The position numbers were made by a program, and so were the translations under genes. Of a stretch of 64,000 nucleotides of DNA, positions 51,227 to 60,563 are shown in pieces. The notes beneath the pieces are model-generated. The model made no database searches, was not told the DNA's origin, and was given only the letters and a program-made list of their open reading frames with translations. This DNA comes from an uncultured Spirochaetota bacterium (GTDB taxonomy: Bacteria; Spirochaetota; Spirochaetia; SZUA-6; Fen-1364), in assembly GCA_963753085.1 (NCBI GenBank), contig CAVWBF010000022.1, forward strand, positions 177,086-241,085. Direction: 5' to 3'. How positions within the stretch are numbered: position 1 is the first letter of the stretch; each line of letters starts with the position of its first letter.

Positions 51227-52199
51227 ATGGAAAAGCTTCTCTGCGGCGTCGACCTGGGAGGCACCAAGCTCGCCGCCTGCCTGATGACGCCGGGGGGCAG
51301 GATCGTTGACCGGGAGGTGGTCTTCGATCACGCCGGCAAGGACGAGATGGAAGTCGTGCGGAGGATCCGTGACCTTGTGGACACGCTCCTCACGCGCGGA
51401 GGCCTGTCCGTGGGGGATATCGAGGGAATCGGGGTCGGGTTTGCCGGACACCTGCGGTTTCGAGACGGGGTCACCATCACGACCTCCAACTACAAGGGCT
51501 TCAAGATCAAGAACTTTCCGCTCCGCGCGGCTGTCGAAGGGAGGTTTTCGACCCGGGTTGTCGTTGACAACGATGCCAACGCCCAGGGCCTTGCGGAGTA
51601 TCTTTTCGGCGCCGGCAAGGGTTGCGGACCGTCCATGATCTTCGTGACTCTCAGCACGGGAATCGGGGCGGGCATCATCCTGAACGGCAGGCTCTACCGG
51701 GGGATGACGGGCACCGCCGGTGAGGTGGGGCACATGATCGTGAATACGCAGAGCGACCAGGTCTGCGGCTGCGGCAATCACGGGTGCTGGATGGCGCATG
51801 CGAGCGGCCTTGCGCTTCCCCAGGTGGTGCGGAAGAAGAGGCGGGAGGGGCTTGCGACCAGGCTGTCGCTGTCCGAGCGCGAATGGGAGACCATCGACGG
51901 AAAGTCACTCGGGGAAGGGCTTCGCGAGCAATGACGCGCTGTGCCGGGCGGTCGTCCGGGAATACGCGGACTACTCCGGCATCGGGCTGTATAACCTCTT
52001 CCAGATCTTCAACCCCGATGTCTTTGTCCTGGGCGGCGGCCTGATGAGCTGGGGCGACTTTTTTCTCGATGGGATACGACGGAAGTTCCGGGAGATGGTC
52101 CGGGAGATGCTCGTCGATCCCGTGCGGATTCTGCCCTCCACCCTTCAGCAGGACGCTGGCGTAATAGGGGCAGCCGCGCTACTCTTGGAGAAGGAATGA
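51227..52199 (+). pseudogene. ROK-family sugar kinase or regulator-like protein, interrupted by an apparent single-base frameshift near 51905-51925
   Basis: N-terminal part MEKLLCGVDLGGTKLAACL and GHMIVNTQSDQVCGCGNHGCWMAHASG (ROK zinc motif) in frame 2. The C-terminal part ALCRAVVREYADYSGIGLYNLFQIFNPDVFVLGGGL...AGVIGAAALLL is in frame 3. The break falls at the GGGG in GGGGAAGGG. Its stop overlaps the deoR-like ATG as ATGA. Confidence 0.6.
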
Positions 52200-52939
52200 A
52201 CAAGAGACAGCGGCGCATCATCGACTCGCTGAACGGCAGCGCCATGACGTCGGTCAACGAGCTTTCCCGGCTCCTCAACGTCTCCGCGGTGACAATCCGG
52301 CAGGACCTGACCCTCCTGGAGGAGGAGGGGTTTCTCCGGAGAGTGCACGGAGGCGCCGTCCTGGAGAGCGCTGACGACATCTCCAAGCGGCTCGTCATGA
52401 ACTACGAGAAGAAGCAGCGGATTGCGCGCGCCGCCGCGGAGCACGTGGGGGAAGGGGAGTCGATCTTCATCGAAGCGGGGTCCACCAACGCGATCCTCGT
52501 GAAGGAGCTGGGCAAGCGGGAAGGCGTCACCATCATCACGTCCAACGTGTTCATTGCCCGGCAGCTGAAGAAAAACGAGCACGCCTCCATCATCCTCCTG
52601 GGAGGACTCTACCAGCATGAAAGCGAAAGCCTCGTGGGGAAGCTCGCGAAGCTCTGCCTGGACAACGTCAATTTCACCAAGGCCTTCATCGGCGTTGACG
52701 GGTTCACGAAGGAGGCCGGGTTCACGAGCACCGACATGATGCGCGCCGAGATATCCGCCCAGATCGTGAGGAAAGGCGCCGAGGTGTTCGTCGTGACTGA
52801 CTCCAGCAAGTTCGGCAAGGTCCAGCTGACGAACCTGTTTTATCCGCGCGACATCCGCTGCCTCATCACTGACGACGGCATCCCGCCAGCCGACAAGGCG
52901 TACCTCGAGGAGAACGGCGTGGAGGTGATCATCGCCTGA
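52196..52939 (+). CDS. DeoR-family transcriptional regulator (HTH plus sugar-phosphate-binding DeoR C-terminal domain)
   Basis: 247 aa with HTH SVNELSRLLNVSAVTIRQDLTLLEEEG and the DeoR C-terminal effector domain. Confidence 0.85.
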   Translation: MNKRQRRIIDSLNGSAMTSVNELSRLLNVSAVTIRQDLTLLEEEGFLRRVHGGAVLESADDISKRLVMNYEKKQRIARAAAEHVGEGESIFIEAGSTNAILVKELGKREGVTIITSNVFIARQLKKNEHASIILLGGLYQHESESLVGKLAKLCLDNVNFTKAFIGVDGFTKEAGFTSTDMMRAEISAQIVRKGAEVFVVTDSSKFGKVQLTNLFYPRDIRCLITDDGIPPADKAYLEENGVEVIIA

Positions 52940-52971
52940 AGAGGGCGTCCGGAACGAGCCGGGCCGCCGCT

Positions 52972-54111
52972 TTACTCCGTCGGCACCGTGACCCAGCTGT
53001 CGGATTTCGCCGACGCGTACGCGGCGTCCAGGATCAGCTGGTTGAGGAGACCGTCCCGGATTCCAGGCTCGGGTTTCTTTCCTTCCGCCACCGCGCGCAG
53101 GAACGCGTACTGGCATTCCGCGTGCGCGCGCGTCCAGCCCAGGATGGAGCGTGCAGGCGGAACTGCTGCCCCCTTGTAGTGCTGCACCGTCTCCAGCCGT
53201 GTCCATCCCAGGTCACCGCCCAGGAAGCCGCCGGCTTTCGTTCCGTCGAACCAGTACAGCCAGTTGGCGTCCATCAGGCTGAAGCGCAGCGCGCCCTTGC
53301 TTCCGTAGATCTCGAGGTTCAGGTCATCCAGGGACCCTGTGGCAAACCGCGAAACCTCGATTGTGCCGAAGCCTCCGCCGGCAAGCCGCACCTCAAGCCA
53401 GGCCGCGTCATCAACCGTCACATCTCCCAGCGTCCTGGAGCCGCGTTCGACCGGCCTTTGCTTGATGTATGTCTTCATGATGGCACGAACGGAATGGAGC
53501 TCCCCCAGGAGGTGCCGCACCAGGTCGATCAGGTGCGACCCCATGTCCACCAGGGCCCCGCCGCCGGACAGCTCCTGTTTCATTCTCCAGCCCAGCGGCC
53601 GCTGGGGATCCTGGTAGCCGGTGTGGAAATACTCCGCTCGAAAGTTGTAGATCTCCCCCAGGGCCCCATCCGCGATCATCTGCCGTGCGCGCGTGATGGC
53701 CGGGACGAAGCGATAATTGAACGTCATCCCCACTGAGACGCCGGCCTTTTCCGCCACCCGGACGATCTCCCTTGCCTCCGCGGCGTTCAACGCAAGCGGC
53801 TTCTCGCAGTAGACGTGCTTGCCTGCCGCAATAGCCGCCAGGAGTGTCTGGCGATGCTGGTAATTCGGCGTTGAGCAGTCGACAACGGTCACTTCCTTCA
53901 GCCGCACGAGCTCCCCGACGTCGCTGAACGAGGCCGCGTACCCGCCCTCCGCCGCAGCCGCGCGCGCGGACTCCGCGTGCGAGGTGCACACCGCGGCCAG
54001 GGAAAGCTTTGGCAGGGTGCCGGGATAGTACACGGGAAGCTCCCGGTACGAGAGGGTATGGACCCGCCCGATATAGCCGTAGCCGACAAGCCCGATTCCG
54101 ATGGTTTCCAT
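52972..54111 (-). CDS. Gfo/Idh/MocA-family NAD(P)-dependent oxidoreductase (inositol/sugar dehydrogenase-like)
   Basis: 379 aa. N-terminal Rossmann GIGLVGYGYIGRVH and an EKP-containing middle region (HVYCEKPLAL). Confidence 0.85.
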   Translation of the reverse strand: METIGIGLVGYGYIGRVHTLSYRELPVYYPGTLPKLSLAAVCTSHAESARAAAAEGGYAASFSDVGELVRLKEVTVVDCSTPNYQHRQTLLAAIAAGKHVYCEKPLALNAAEAREIVRVAEKAGVSVGMTFNYRFVPAITRARQMIADGALGEIYNFRAEYFHTGYQDPQRPLGWRMKQELSGGGALVDMGSHLIDLVRHLLGELHSVRAIMKTYIKQRPVERGSRTLGDVTVDDAAWLEVRLAGGGFGTIEVSRFATGSLDDLNLEIYGSKGALRFSLMDANWLYWFDGTKAGGFLGGDLGWTRLETVQHYKGAAVPPARSILGWTRAHAECQYAFLRAVAEGKKPEPGIRDGLLNQLILDAAYASAKSDSWVTVPTE

Positions 54112-54128
54112 GGCGCTATGAAACCGTA

Positions 54129-54968
54129 TCAGAGCGCGCGCGACAAGTATTCATCGATGCCCTTCCGCCAGGGGGGAAGGGCGCGCCCGGTGACGAGCCG
54201 ATACAGGCGGCAGTCCAGGACGGTCCGTCCCGGCCTGCGCGCGGCCCGGGAAACCTTCCCCGTATCGAGTGTCTCCAGCGGGACGGAGCGGCCCGCCTTT
54301 TGCAGCACGTAGCGGGCGAACTCCAGGCGCGTGCACGAGCCCAGGCTCGTCACGTTGTACGTCCCATAGGCGCCGGTGGGGATGAGGTCGTGGATGGCAA
54401 TTGCCAGGTGCATCGTGTAGGTCGGAGACTCCACCTGATCTTCCGGCATCCGAACCACGCCGTCCTTGCGAGCGGCCGTCAGGACCCTGTCCACGTAGTT
54501 TCCGAGCCGGTGCCCGAAAAGCCACGCCGTTCGAACGACGTACGTCTTCGGCCAGATTCCCTGCGCAAGCTTCTCTCCTGCCAGCTTGGACTTCCCGTAC
54601 TGGTTGATCGGGCTTGGAGAAGCGAACTCGTCGTAGTCCTCGCGCGCTCGGCCGTCGAAAACGTAGTCGGTGGAGATGTACAGGTAACCGCAATCGAGCT
54701 CCCGGGCGGCCAGGGCGAGGTTCTGCGATCCCGTGGCATTCACCTTCCATGCGGCGTCAGGTTCTTTTTCGCATACCTCGACGTCCACGAGGGCCGCCGC
54801 GTTCAGGATGAAATCCGGCTTCAAGCTCTTCAGTCTCTCGATGGTCTCCGCGCGGGCGGTGATGTCGATCTCCCCGATGTCCCAGGGGACGACCTGGTGA
54901 GAGGAGCCGAGCGCGCTGCACAGCTCGCTTCCCAGCATCCCCTTCGCGCCGATCACCGCGATCTTCAC
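54129..54968 (-). CDS. NAD(P)-dependent sugar-nucleotide reductase / epimerase-dehydratase family (dTDP-4-dehydrorhamnose reductase RmlD-like)
   Basis: 279 aa. MKIAVIGAKGMLGSEL Rossmann and YGKSK catalytic dyad context (INQYGKSKLAGE). Its ATG overlaps the upstream stop as ATGA. Confidence 0.75.
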   Translation of the reverse strand: MKIAVIGAKGMLGSELCSALGSSHQVVPWDIGEIDITARAETIERLKSLKPDFILNAAALVDVEVCEKEPDAAWKVNATGSQNLALAARELDCGYLYISTDYVFDGRAREDYDEFASPSPINQYGKSKLAGEKLAQGIWPKTYVVRTAWLFGHRLGNYVDRVLTAARKDGVVRMPEDQVESPTYTMHLAIAIHDLIPTGAYGTYNVTSLGSCTRLEFARYVLQKAGRSVPLETLDTGKVSRAARRPGRTVLDCRLYRLVTGRALPPWRKGIDEYLSRAL

Positions 54969-55744
54969 TTCGAAGCCTTTCCCGCGGCCTCATCGAGTGC
55001 GGCGCGGACCCGTTTCACCGCCTTCGTGATGTCCCCCGTGCCGGCCCTGTACCTGCCCTCGGGTCCCTTGAAAAACGGGGAGGAAAACTCACCCACCGTC
55101 ATGCCGACATCGACGAACTGCTTCACGTTCCCAGCGTTGAGCCCGCCGTCCTCCATGAGGTCGACGGCTTTCTCCCGCCCCGCCTCGGCCAGCATGTCGT
55201 GCATCCTGCGAACGGTCGCCACCACAATGGGGTCGATGGTGTGCGGGCTTTTTCCCGGGACCGCCGGCTTCCAGAACGGCGCCCTGCTCTCGTACTCGAT
55301 GATGTCGACAAACGGGATGTATTGCTCGAAGAACACAACGGGCAGACCTTGCCAGGCCCATACGCCGACTTTCAGCTCAAGGGTCTCCTTGATGTAGGTG
55401 ATGTTCTGGATGAGCATCTCGTTCGTGGTCTCGATGGGCAGGGAGATCAGGCTTGCCCCCGCCTGTTTCAGGAGGCGGAAGAGCTCCTGGTCGGGCCGCA
55501 TCATCTGCAGCTGGACCTCGATCTCGAGATCGGTATGCGGGCGGATCCCCTCCAGGATGTCGATGCCGCCGCGCGGAGCAGAGAAATCCATGTACACCCC
55601 GTCCCGCATCTCCAGGTGGATCCAATCCACCCCGCCCGCCGTCAACTCCTTCACCTGGGCGCCAAGCTCGCCGTAATCCGCCCAGAACAGCCCCGCGGCA
55701 ATCTTGGGTTTCCCTGTTATTTTCCCGATGCTTTCCTTTGCCAT
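54965..55744 (-). CDS. Ribulose-phosphate 3-epimerase family (RPE-like sugar-phosphate epimerase, TIM barrel)
   Basis: Starts at the internal Met MAKESIGK after a GGGAGGA ribosome-binding site. IHLEMRDGVYMDF matches the RPE metal-binding H-x-D...D pattern. About 259 aa. Confidence 0.65.
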   Translation of the reverse strand: MAKESIGKITGKPKIAAGLFWADYGELGAQVKELTAGGVDWIHLEMRDGVYMDFSAPRGGIDILEGIRPHTDLEIEVQLQMMRPDQELFRLLKQAGASLISLPIETTNEMLIQNITYIKETLELKVGVWAWQGLPVVFFEQYIPFVDIIEYESRAPFWKPAVPGKSPHTIDPIVVATVRRMHDMLAEAGREKAVDLMEDGGLNAGNVKQFVDVGMTVGEFSSPFFKGPEGRYRAGTGDITKAVKRVRAALDEAAGKASK

Positions 55745-55781
55745 TGGTTCCTCCCGATAAGTAGGCGATTTCCCCAATCTA

Positions 55782-55793
55782 TTTCATATGAAA
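55782..55793. promoter_or_regulatory. Palindromic motif TTTCATATGAAA in the promoter region of the RPE-RmlD-Gfo operon, identical to the core of the operator at 42347-42360
   Basis: Read directly. It lies 38 nt upstream of the RPE-like start codon in an AT-rich intergenic region. Confidence 0.35.
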
Positions 55794-55885
55794 GGAATAT
55801 AGCTTTCGAATTAAGATTAATAGTCTACAATACGAAAGTCAAGCTGGCCTGCTGACGCATAAAGTGAGGAGCCCGGCTCGCGCGC

Positions 55886-57307
55886 CTACGCAGCCCTTGT
55901 GCTTCCGTGCAGCTTTCCCCGGGCCAGGGATGCAAAGATCCCGGCGAGGCATAGGCCTGCAAAGATCAGGAACGCTGCGCGGAAGCCGGTCAGAAAGGCG
56001 TCGTGTTTTTCAGGGGTGATCTGCACCTTTCCCACGTATAAAGCGATGATCATCCCCGCGGTCGCCATGCTCAGCATCTGGCCGATCAGGCGCATGGCGG
56101 CCGTTGTGGCGGACGCCACTCCGTAATGCTTTCTCTCCACGGAGCCCATGATCGCGCTCGTGTTGGGGGATGAGAAAAGCGCGAACCCGAGGCCGCAGAG
56201 CATGAGGACCGTCACGATGTGGACAAACGAGGATGAGGCGTCCAGGAACGATGTGAGGAGGAGCCCGGCGGTGCTCATTGCCATCCCGGCTGAAGCCACC
56301 ACCCGGGGCTCCATCCGGTCGGAAAGCCGGCCCGCAAGGGGGGAAAAGACAGACATCATGAACGGCTGGGAAAGGAGGACGAGGCCCGAGGTGCGGGGGT
56401 CCAGGCCCTTGATGTACTGGAGGTACAGGCTCAGGAGGAAGGTGAGGGCAAAGGTGGCGGCGTAGTTGATCAGGGCGGACAGGTTGGACATCCCGAAGAC
56501 GACGTTGCTGCGGAAGAGTCCCATGTCGAGCACGGGGTTGGCGGCCCGGTTCTCCCACAGCACGAACCCCGCCAGGCACGCCACCCCCACGGCCATCACG
56601 ATGGCCCCCGAAAGCTCGGGCAGGAGGCGGAAGCCGTTCATGACAGCAAGGAGGGTCAGGGCGTAGAGTGCCGCGCCGGTCCAGTCCATCTTCTGGCCGG
56701 CGGCCTCGGCCCATTCGTCCTTCATCTTCCACAGGGTGAGAACGATGACCAGAAGCCCGAGGGCCGTCGTGAAGTAGAAGATGGCCCGCCAGCCGAAGGA
56801 CTGCGTGATGAGCCCGCCGATGAAGGGCCCCAGCGCGAGTCCCGCGTAGACCGAGGCCACGGTGACCCCCAGCGCGCGCCCCCTTTCGCTGGGCGGGTAG
56901 ACCGAGGTGACGATGGCGGTAGCCGTTGCGAACATGAGGGCATCCGCCGTTCCCTGCAGCGCGCGCAGGACGATCAGCATCGTTTCAGAGGTGGCAAGGC
57001 CGCAGAGGAGGGACACGATGGTGTAGCCGATCATGCCGGCCAGGAAGACTTTCCTGCGGCCATGGATGTCGGCGAGCCTTCCCATCGGCACCAGGAACAT
57101 GGCGGCAGCCAGCAGGTAGGCAGTGGAGATCCAGCTCAGGCTGAAGGCGTCCGCGGAAAACTCCCTGCCGATGGTGGGGAGCGCGATGTTGACGGACGAC
57201 CCCATGAATGGCGTAAGGAACGATGCCATTGAGGTCACGAAGAGAACGACCCCTTTGCTCACACCGGAGCGCGGCGCACCCGTTGCTTCCTGCATCCCGG
57301 ACCTCAT
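55886..57307 (-). CDS. MFS transporter (12-14 TMS)
   Basis: Start chosen at MRSGMQEA..., whose ATG overlaps the upstream stop as ATGA. GRLADIHGRRKVF motif A. About 474 aa. Confidence 0.8.
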   Translation of the reverse strand: MRSGMQEATGAPRSGVSKGVVLFVTSMASFLTPFMGSSVNIALPTIGREFSADAFSLSWISTAYLLAAAMFLVPMGRLADIHGRRKVFLAGMIGYTIVSLLCGLATSETMLIVLRALQGTADALMFATATAIVTSVYPPSERGRALGVTVASVYAGLALGPFIGGLITQSFGWRAIFYFTTALGLLVIVLTLWKMKDEWAEAAGQKMDWTGAALYALTLLAVMNGFRLLPELSGAIVMAVGVACLAGFVLWENRAANPVLDMGLFRSNVVFGMSNLSALINYAATFALTFLLSLYLQYIKGLDPRTSGLVLLSQPFMMSVFSPLAGRLSDRMEPRVVASAGMAMSTAGLLLTSFLDASSSFVHIVTVLMLCGLGFALFSSPNTSAIMGSVERKHYGVASATTAAMRLIGQMLSMATAGMIIALYVGKVQITPEKHDAFLTGFRAAFLIFAGLCLAGIFASLARGKLHGSTRAA

Positions 57308-58215
57308 GAGGCTCCCTGCTGTCGCGGCAGGATGAAGATCTCCGGCCTGTACTCGAAATGCATCGTGTCGAAGAAGAGCCACTTGCCTCCCCAGACAAAA
57401 CCGTGCCGTTCGAAGCAGGAGACAACGGAGAGAGGAATCGTCCACCGCCGCTTGTACGTGGTGGCCCACCACTGGTCCGTTTTTTCCATCACCCACCGCC
57501 AGTAGGGAGCCCTCCCGCTATATGTGCGGGGGATGAGATCCACGGCCAGCCCGTAGCTGTGGTAGCTGCGCGACACGGTGCCCGCGACATCGCGATAGTT
57601 GAATCCGTCAACCTCGGCAAGACTTTTGAAGAAGGAAGCTGCCTGCGGGTCGGTGCGCCGAAGGGCATCGCACTCCGCCGCCACTTTTGCAAGCGCCCCC
57701 GCGATCCCCTGGTGGATTTCGACCGAAAACCCGAGGAATCTCACAGTGACGATGCGGCTCCGAGTTTCCCGCGGAGAGCCCGCCCTCCAGAGGCTTTCCA
57801 GGAAGTCCTCAGAACGGCGCGGCGGATGGAGCCGCGCGTCCTCCAGTGCCTTCTTCAGCCTGGCCGCGGTTTCGGCATCCAGGTGCGGGAGCGGAGGGAG
57901 GCCGCCGAGCGGGTAGGGATAGAAGCGAAATCGAGCGTAGCGCTCCCAGTCGGCGCGATCTTTCTCAGGGAGGATTCGGCCGTGCGCCCAGAAAAACCAT
58001 TCCCCGTCCACCTCCACTGCCCAGTCGCCGTCACGCTGTGCGGCCGCGGTGATGCGCTCGGGGTATGCGTCAGCCAGGGCCTTGAGCTCGCGCTCACCGG
58101 TGCCCTCGCCTCCCGGCGGCGGGAACAGCGTCACTCCCTGGGCCCAGCCGGCGGCCGCCATCCCGAGGAGGATGCAGGCCGCGAGGGCGGCCCGCGCCGG
58201 GGACTTCAATCCCAT
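57304..58215 (-). CDS. Secreted M15-family D-Ala-D-Ala carboxypeptidase-like peptidase (VanY/endolysin-type zinc peptidase)
   Basis: Starts at the internal Met with a signal peptide (MGLKSPARAALAACILLGMAAAGWA). SYHSYGLAVD is the H-x(3-6)-D zinc-binding motif, with a later HFEY. Confidence 0.7.
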   Translation of the reverse strand: MGLKSPARAALAACILLGMAAAGWAQGVTLFPPPGGEGTGERELKALADAYPERITAAAQRDGDWAVEVDGEWFFWAHGRILPEKDRADWERYARFRFYPYPLGGLPPLPHLDAETAARLKKALEDARLHPPRRSEDFLESLWRAGSPRETRSRIVTVRFLGFSVEIHQGIAGALAKVAAECDALRRTDPQAASFFKSLAEVDGFNYRDVAGTVSRSYHSYGLAVDLIPRTYSGRAPYWRWVMEKTDQWWATTYKRRWTIPLSVVSCFERHGFVWGGKWLFFDTMHFEYRPEIFILPRQQGAS

Positions 58216-59036
58216 ATCCCTGCAACTGCCGCCGCGGAGCTGTCTTCTCCGATGGGCTGCAGGCCGTAGATATCCTCGATGGTGCGAAGGATCGAGTAAT
58301 GCGTAATGGGTTGATCGTAGACTCCCGCCCTGACATGCGCACCCGCCATGATGGTGGCGATGGGAGTCTGAGCGGGCGCCTGCGAACCGGGCCCTTCGTC
58401 GAACGTGACGATCAGCAGGCTGTTGTTGGAAACCGCCCACCGCGCGTAACCTTCCATGTGAGCCCTCAACCATTCATCGCCTTCCGCAACCGAGCCATCA
58501 TGCATGTCGTTGCGAAGGTTGGGGATGACAAAGCAGACCGTGGGGAGGGACGCAAAGTCCAGGGTGGGAAAGTCTGACAGGCGGCGGTTGGCGGTGTCCG
58601 CAACGTTCGTGAAGATGGCCCAGGGGTTGTGCTTGCGCACGTACCCGTGAAAGGAGTCGCCGCGAAACCCAGTGGCCGGCAGGTCCTCGCTGTAGCCGGC
58701 AAAGCTGAGGCCGGCTCGTGAAAGGGAGACGGCGAGGTTCGGGCCGGTGAGGTCGTGGCGACCGTCGTCCCGGACCCCATGGGTGGATCCGCTGAAAAGG
58801 GCGATGTAGTTCGGCTCACTGGGGTGCGCAACAGCGTATGACCTGCTGAAAAGCGCCCCCCGTGATGCAAGTGACGCAAGGTAGGCGCTCTCAGCGACCT
58901 GAGCCAGGGAATGGTTCTCTTCTATCACGACGACAATATGATCAAAACGGGGCAGGGGCCGGCCGGCGGCCCCAAGGCCGGCTGCCGCGGCCATACAGAG
59001 AGCAGCAATGGCGAGCTGCCTGGCAAAATGCATCAT
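58206..59036 (-). CDS. Secreted phosphoesterase-family protein (acid phosphatase / phospholipase C superfamily, PF04185-like)
   Basis: Signal peptide. FDHIVVVIEENHSLAQV is the hallmark N-terminal motif of this phosphoesterase family. Confidence 0.7.
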   Translation of the reverse strand: MMHFARQLAIAALCMAAAAGLGAAGRPLPRFDHIVVVIEENHSLAQVAESAYLASLASRGALFSRSYAVAHPSEPNYIALFSGSTHGVRDDGRHDLTGPNLAVSLSRAGLSFAGYSEDLPATGFRGDSFHGYVRKHNPWAIFTNVADTANRRLSDFPTLDFASLPTVCFVIPNLRNDMHDGSVAEGDEWLRAHMEGYARWAVSNNSLLIVTFDEGPGSQAPAQTPIATIMAGAHVRAGVYDQPITHYSILRTIEDIYGLQPIGEDSSAAAVAGIWD

Positions 59037-59138
59037 TCGATAAGATATTCCTTCAATCCTGATCTCGACAATGTTTCCGCAGGGTCGAGCATACGCGTCC
59101 TTGGCGAATCAAATGTCCGTGCGCTGTAAACAGGATGC

Positions 59139-60233
59139 TCAGGGGCCGCGTGCGGATTGGGCGCTGGCGCAGCTGGAGCGAATGCGAAGCTCAGGGACTA
59201 TCCGAAATACCTCAGGAGTGAAGCTCCCGCGGCTCATTCCTTCCATGATAGAGGCGAGGACGCGCTCCGAGAGCCTGTCGTATCCTGGGTCCACCGATGT
59301 GAGCTCCATGCCCCGGGCAAGCCGGGTGTTGCCCCATCCCACCACGGCGGAGTCGACGCCGGCGTTGAGCCCCGCCCCCCGCAGGGCCCTGACCGCTCCC
59401 GTTGCCGTCTCATCAGAGGAGCAGAGGAAGGCGCGGCATCCGGGCATCCGCCCCAGGACGCTTCGCGCCGCCTGGCTTCCTCCGTCGAGGCCCGGGACGC
59501 AGGTTTCCACGATGCCGGCTTCAGGACGCATACCGCGGCCGGAGATCCCCTCCGCGAAACCCAGCTGCAGCGCGGCCTGCGCATGTGCCGCGCCCGAAGC
59601 CAGGAGAGCGATGATGCCGTACCCGAGGTCCCTCAGGTAGCCCACGGCCCTGCGGGCGCCCTCGGCGTCATCCAGCACGACCTGCGGGCAGGACGCCTCG
59701 GAGGCGAAGCTTCGGATGAGGATGGTGCCCGCGAGCGGCGCCTCCGCGCCGTCCTGGGGCTCCATCGAGCCCGCGGGCTGAAGAACGAGAAGCGCACCGC
59801 TTTCGCGCGATTCCTGGTACAGGCTGCGGGCAAGAAGGACGTCGCCGTGATGGCAGGAGAAACGGACCGGCAGCGGCACTTTTCTCAGCTGGGTCTCGAG
59901 GCTTTCCAGGAGAAGGGCGTTTGCCTCGTCCAGCTCATCGCATACAAGGTGAGCCCAGGGGAAACTGAGGAGCTTTCGCGGCACCGGTGAGCGCTCCCGC
60001 GCATAGATGACGATGGTGCCTTTGCCGCTGTAGCGCTCGATATACCCATCCAGCACCAGCTTGGCCAAGGCATTTCTGACAGTCAGGTGAGTGGTATTGA
60101 ACCGGTCCTTGAGCACCCGCTCCGGCGGAAACCAGTCGCCCTTCTTATAGGTGCCTGAAAGGATCTCCTTTTTCAGCTCGCCGTAGATCTGCTCGTACAG
60201 GTAGCGCTTTGAGTCTTCTCGGTCCGGGGGCAT
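59139..60233 (-). CDS. AraR-like transcriptional regulator: GntR-family winged HTH fused to a LacI/GalR-type periplasmic-binding-fold sugar sensor domain
   Basis: Starts at MPPDREDSKRYLYEQIYGELKKEIL. GntR HTH (FPPERVLKDRFNTTHLTVRNALAKLVLDGYI) plus C-terminal PBP1 effector-domain features. An alternative start is at 60281. Confidence 0.75.
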   Translation of the reverse strand: MPPDREDSKRYLYEQIYGELKKEILSGTYKKGDWFPPERVLKDRFNTTHLTVRNALAKLVLDGYIERYSGKGTIVIYARERSPVPRKLLSFPWAHLVCDELDEANALLLESLETQLRKVPLPVRFSCHHGDVLLARSLYQESRESGALLVLQPAGSMEPQDGAEAPLAGTILIRSFASEASCPQVVLDDAEGARRAVGYLRDLGYGIIALLASGAAHAQAALQLGFAEGISGRGMRPEAGIVETCVPGLDGGSQAARSVLGRMPGCRAFLCSSDETATGAVRALRGAGLNAGVDSAVVGWGNTRLARGMELTSVDPGYDRLSERVLASIMEGMSRGSFTPEVFRIVPELRIRSSCASAQSARGP

Positions 60234-60281
60234 GCGTCTTCCGTTGTGTGCCACTGTAGAGCGGGATGCTCCGGGTTTCAA

Positions 60282-60563
60282 GAAGAGCCTCTTCTCAGCG
60301 CGCGTCCTGATCGCATGAAAACCCTCTTCATCGCTATATATAATATCCAGACTTTCTACTCCTTGGCAATTAGATTTTAATTAGTTATTGTATAAATAAT
60401 TGAATAACTTTATCAAGAATAGCGCTATATAGTTTTATGTCTTATTCTGGTTTCGTGGAGAATCCGAAGAAAAATCGAAAATTCCTGTTGACAAACAGGC
60501 CAACCTATTATATATAGCGCTATATACAGTGATGCGACTGGTGGGATTCAAAGGAGACGCTCC
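60282..60563. promoter_or_regulatory. AT-rich (~30% GC) divergent control region with three regularly spaced GCGCTATATA-type sites, including a perfect 16-bp palindrome TATATAGCGCTATATA (60511-60526) overlapping a TTGACA, 17 nt, TATATA promoter
   Basis: Read directly: -35 TTGACA at 60488-60493, and sites at about 60329-60340, 60419-60431 and 60511-60526 with ~93-nt spacing. An AAGGAG ribosome-binding site precedes the ATG at 60564. Confidence 0.5.

Noticed and set aside
60437-60517. 26-codon ORF (MSYSGFVENPKKNRKFLLTNRPTYYI) inside the AT-rich control region
   Set aside because: It overlaps the predicted -35 and -10 elements and the palindromic operators. It has no ribosome-binding site and is probably spurious, though a leader peptide cannot be fully excluded.
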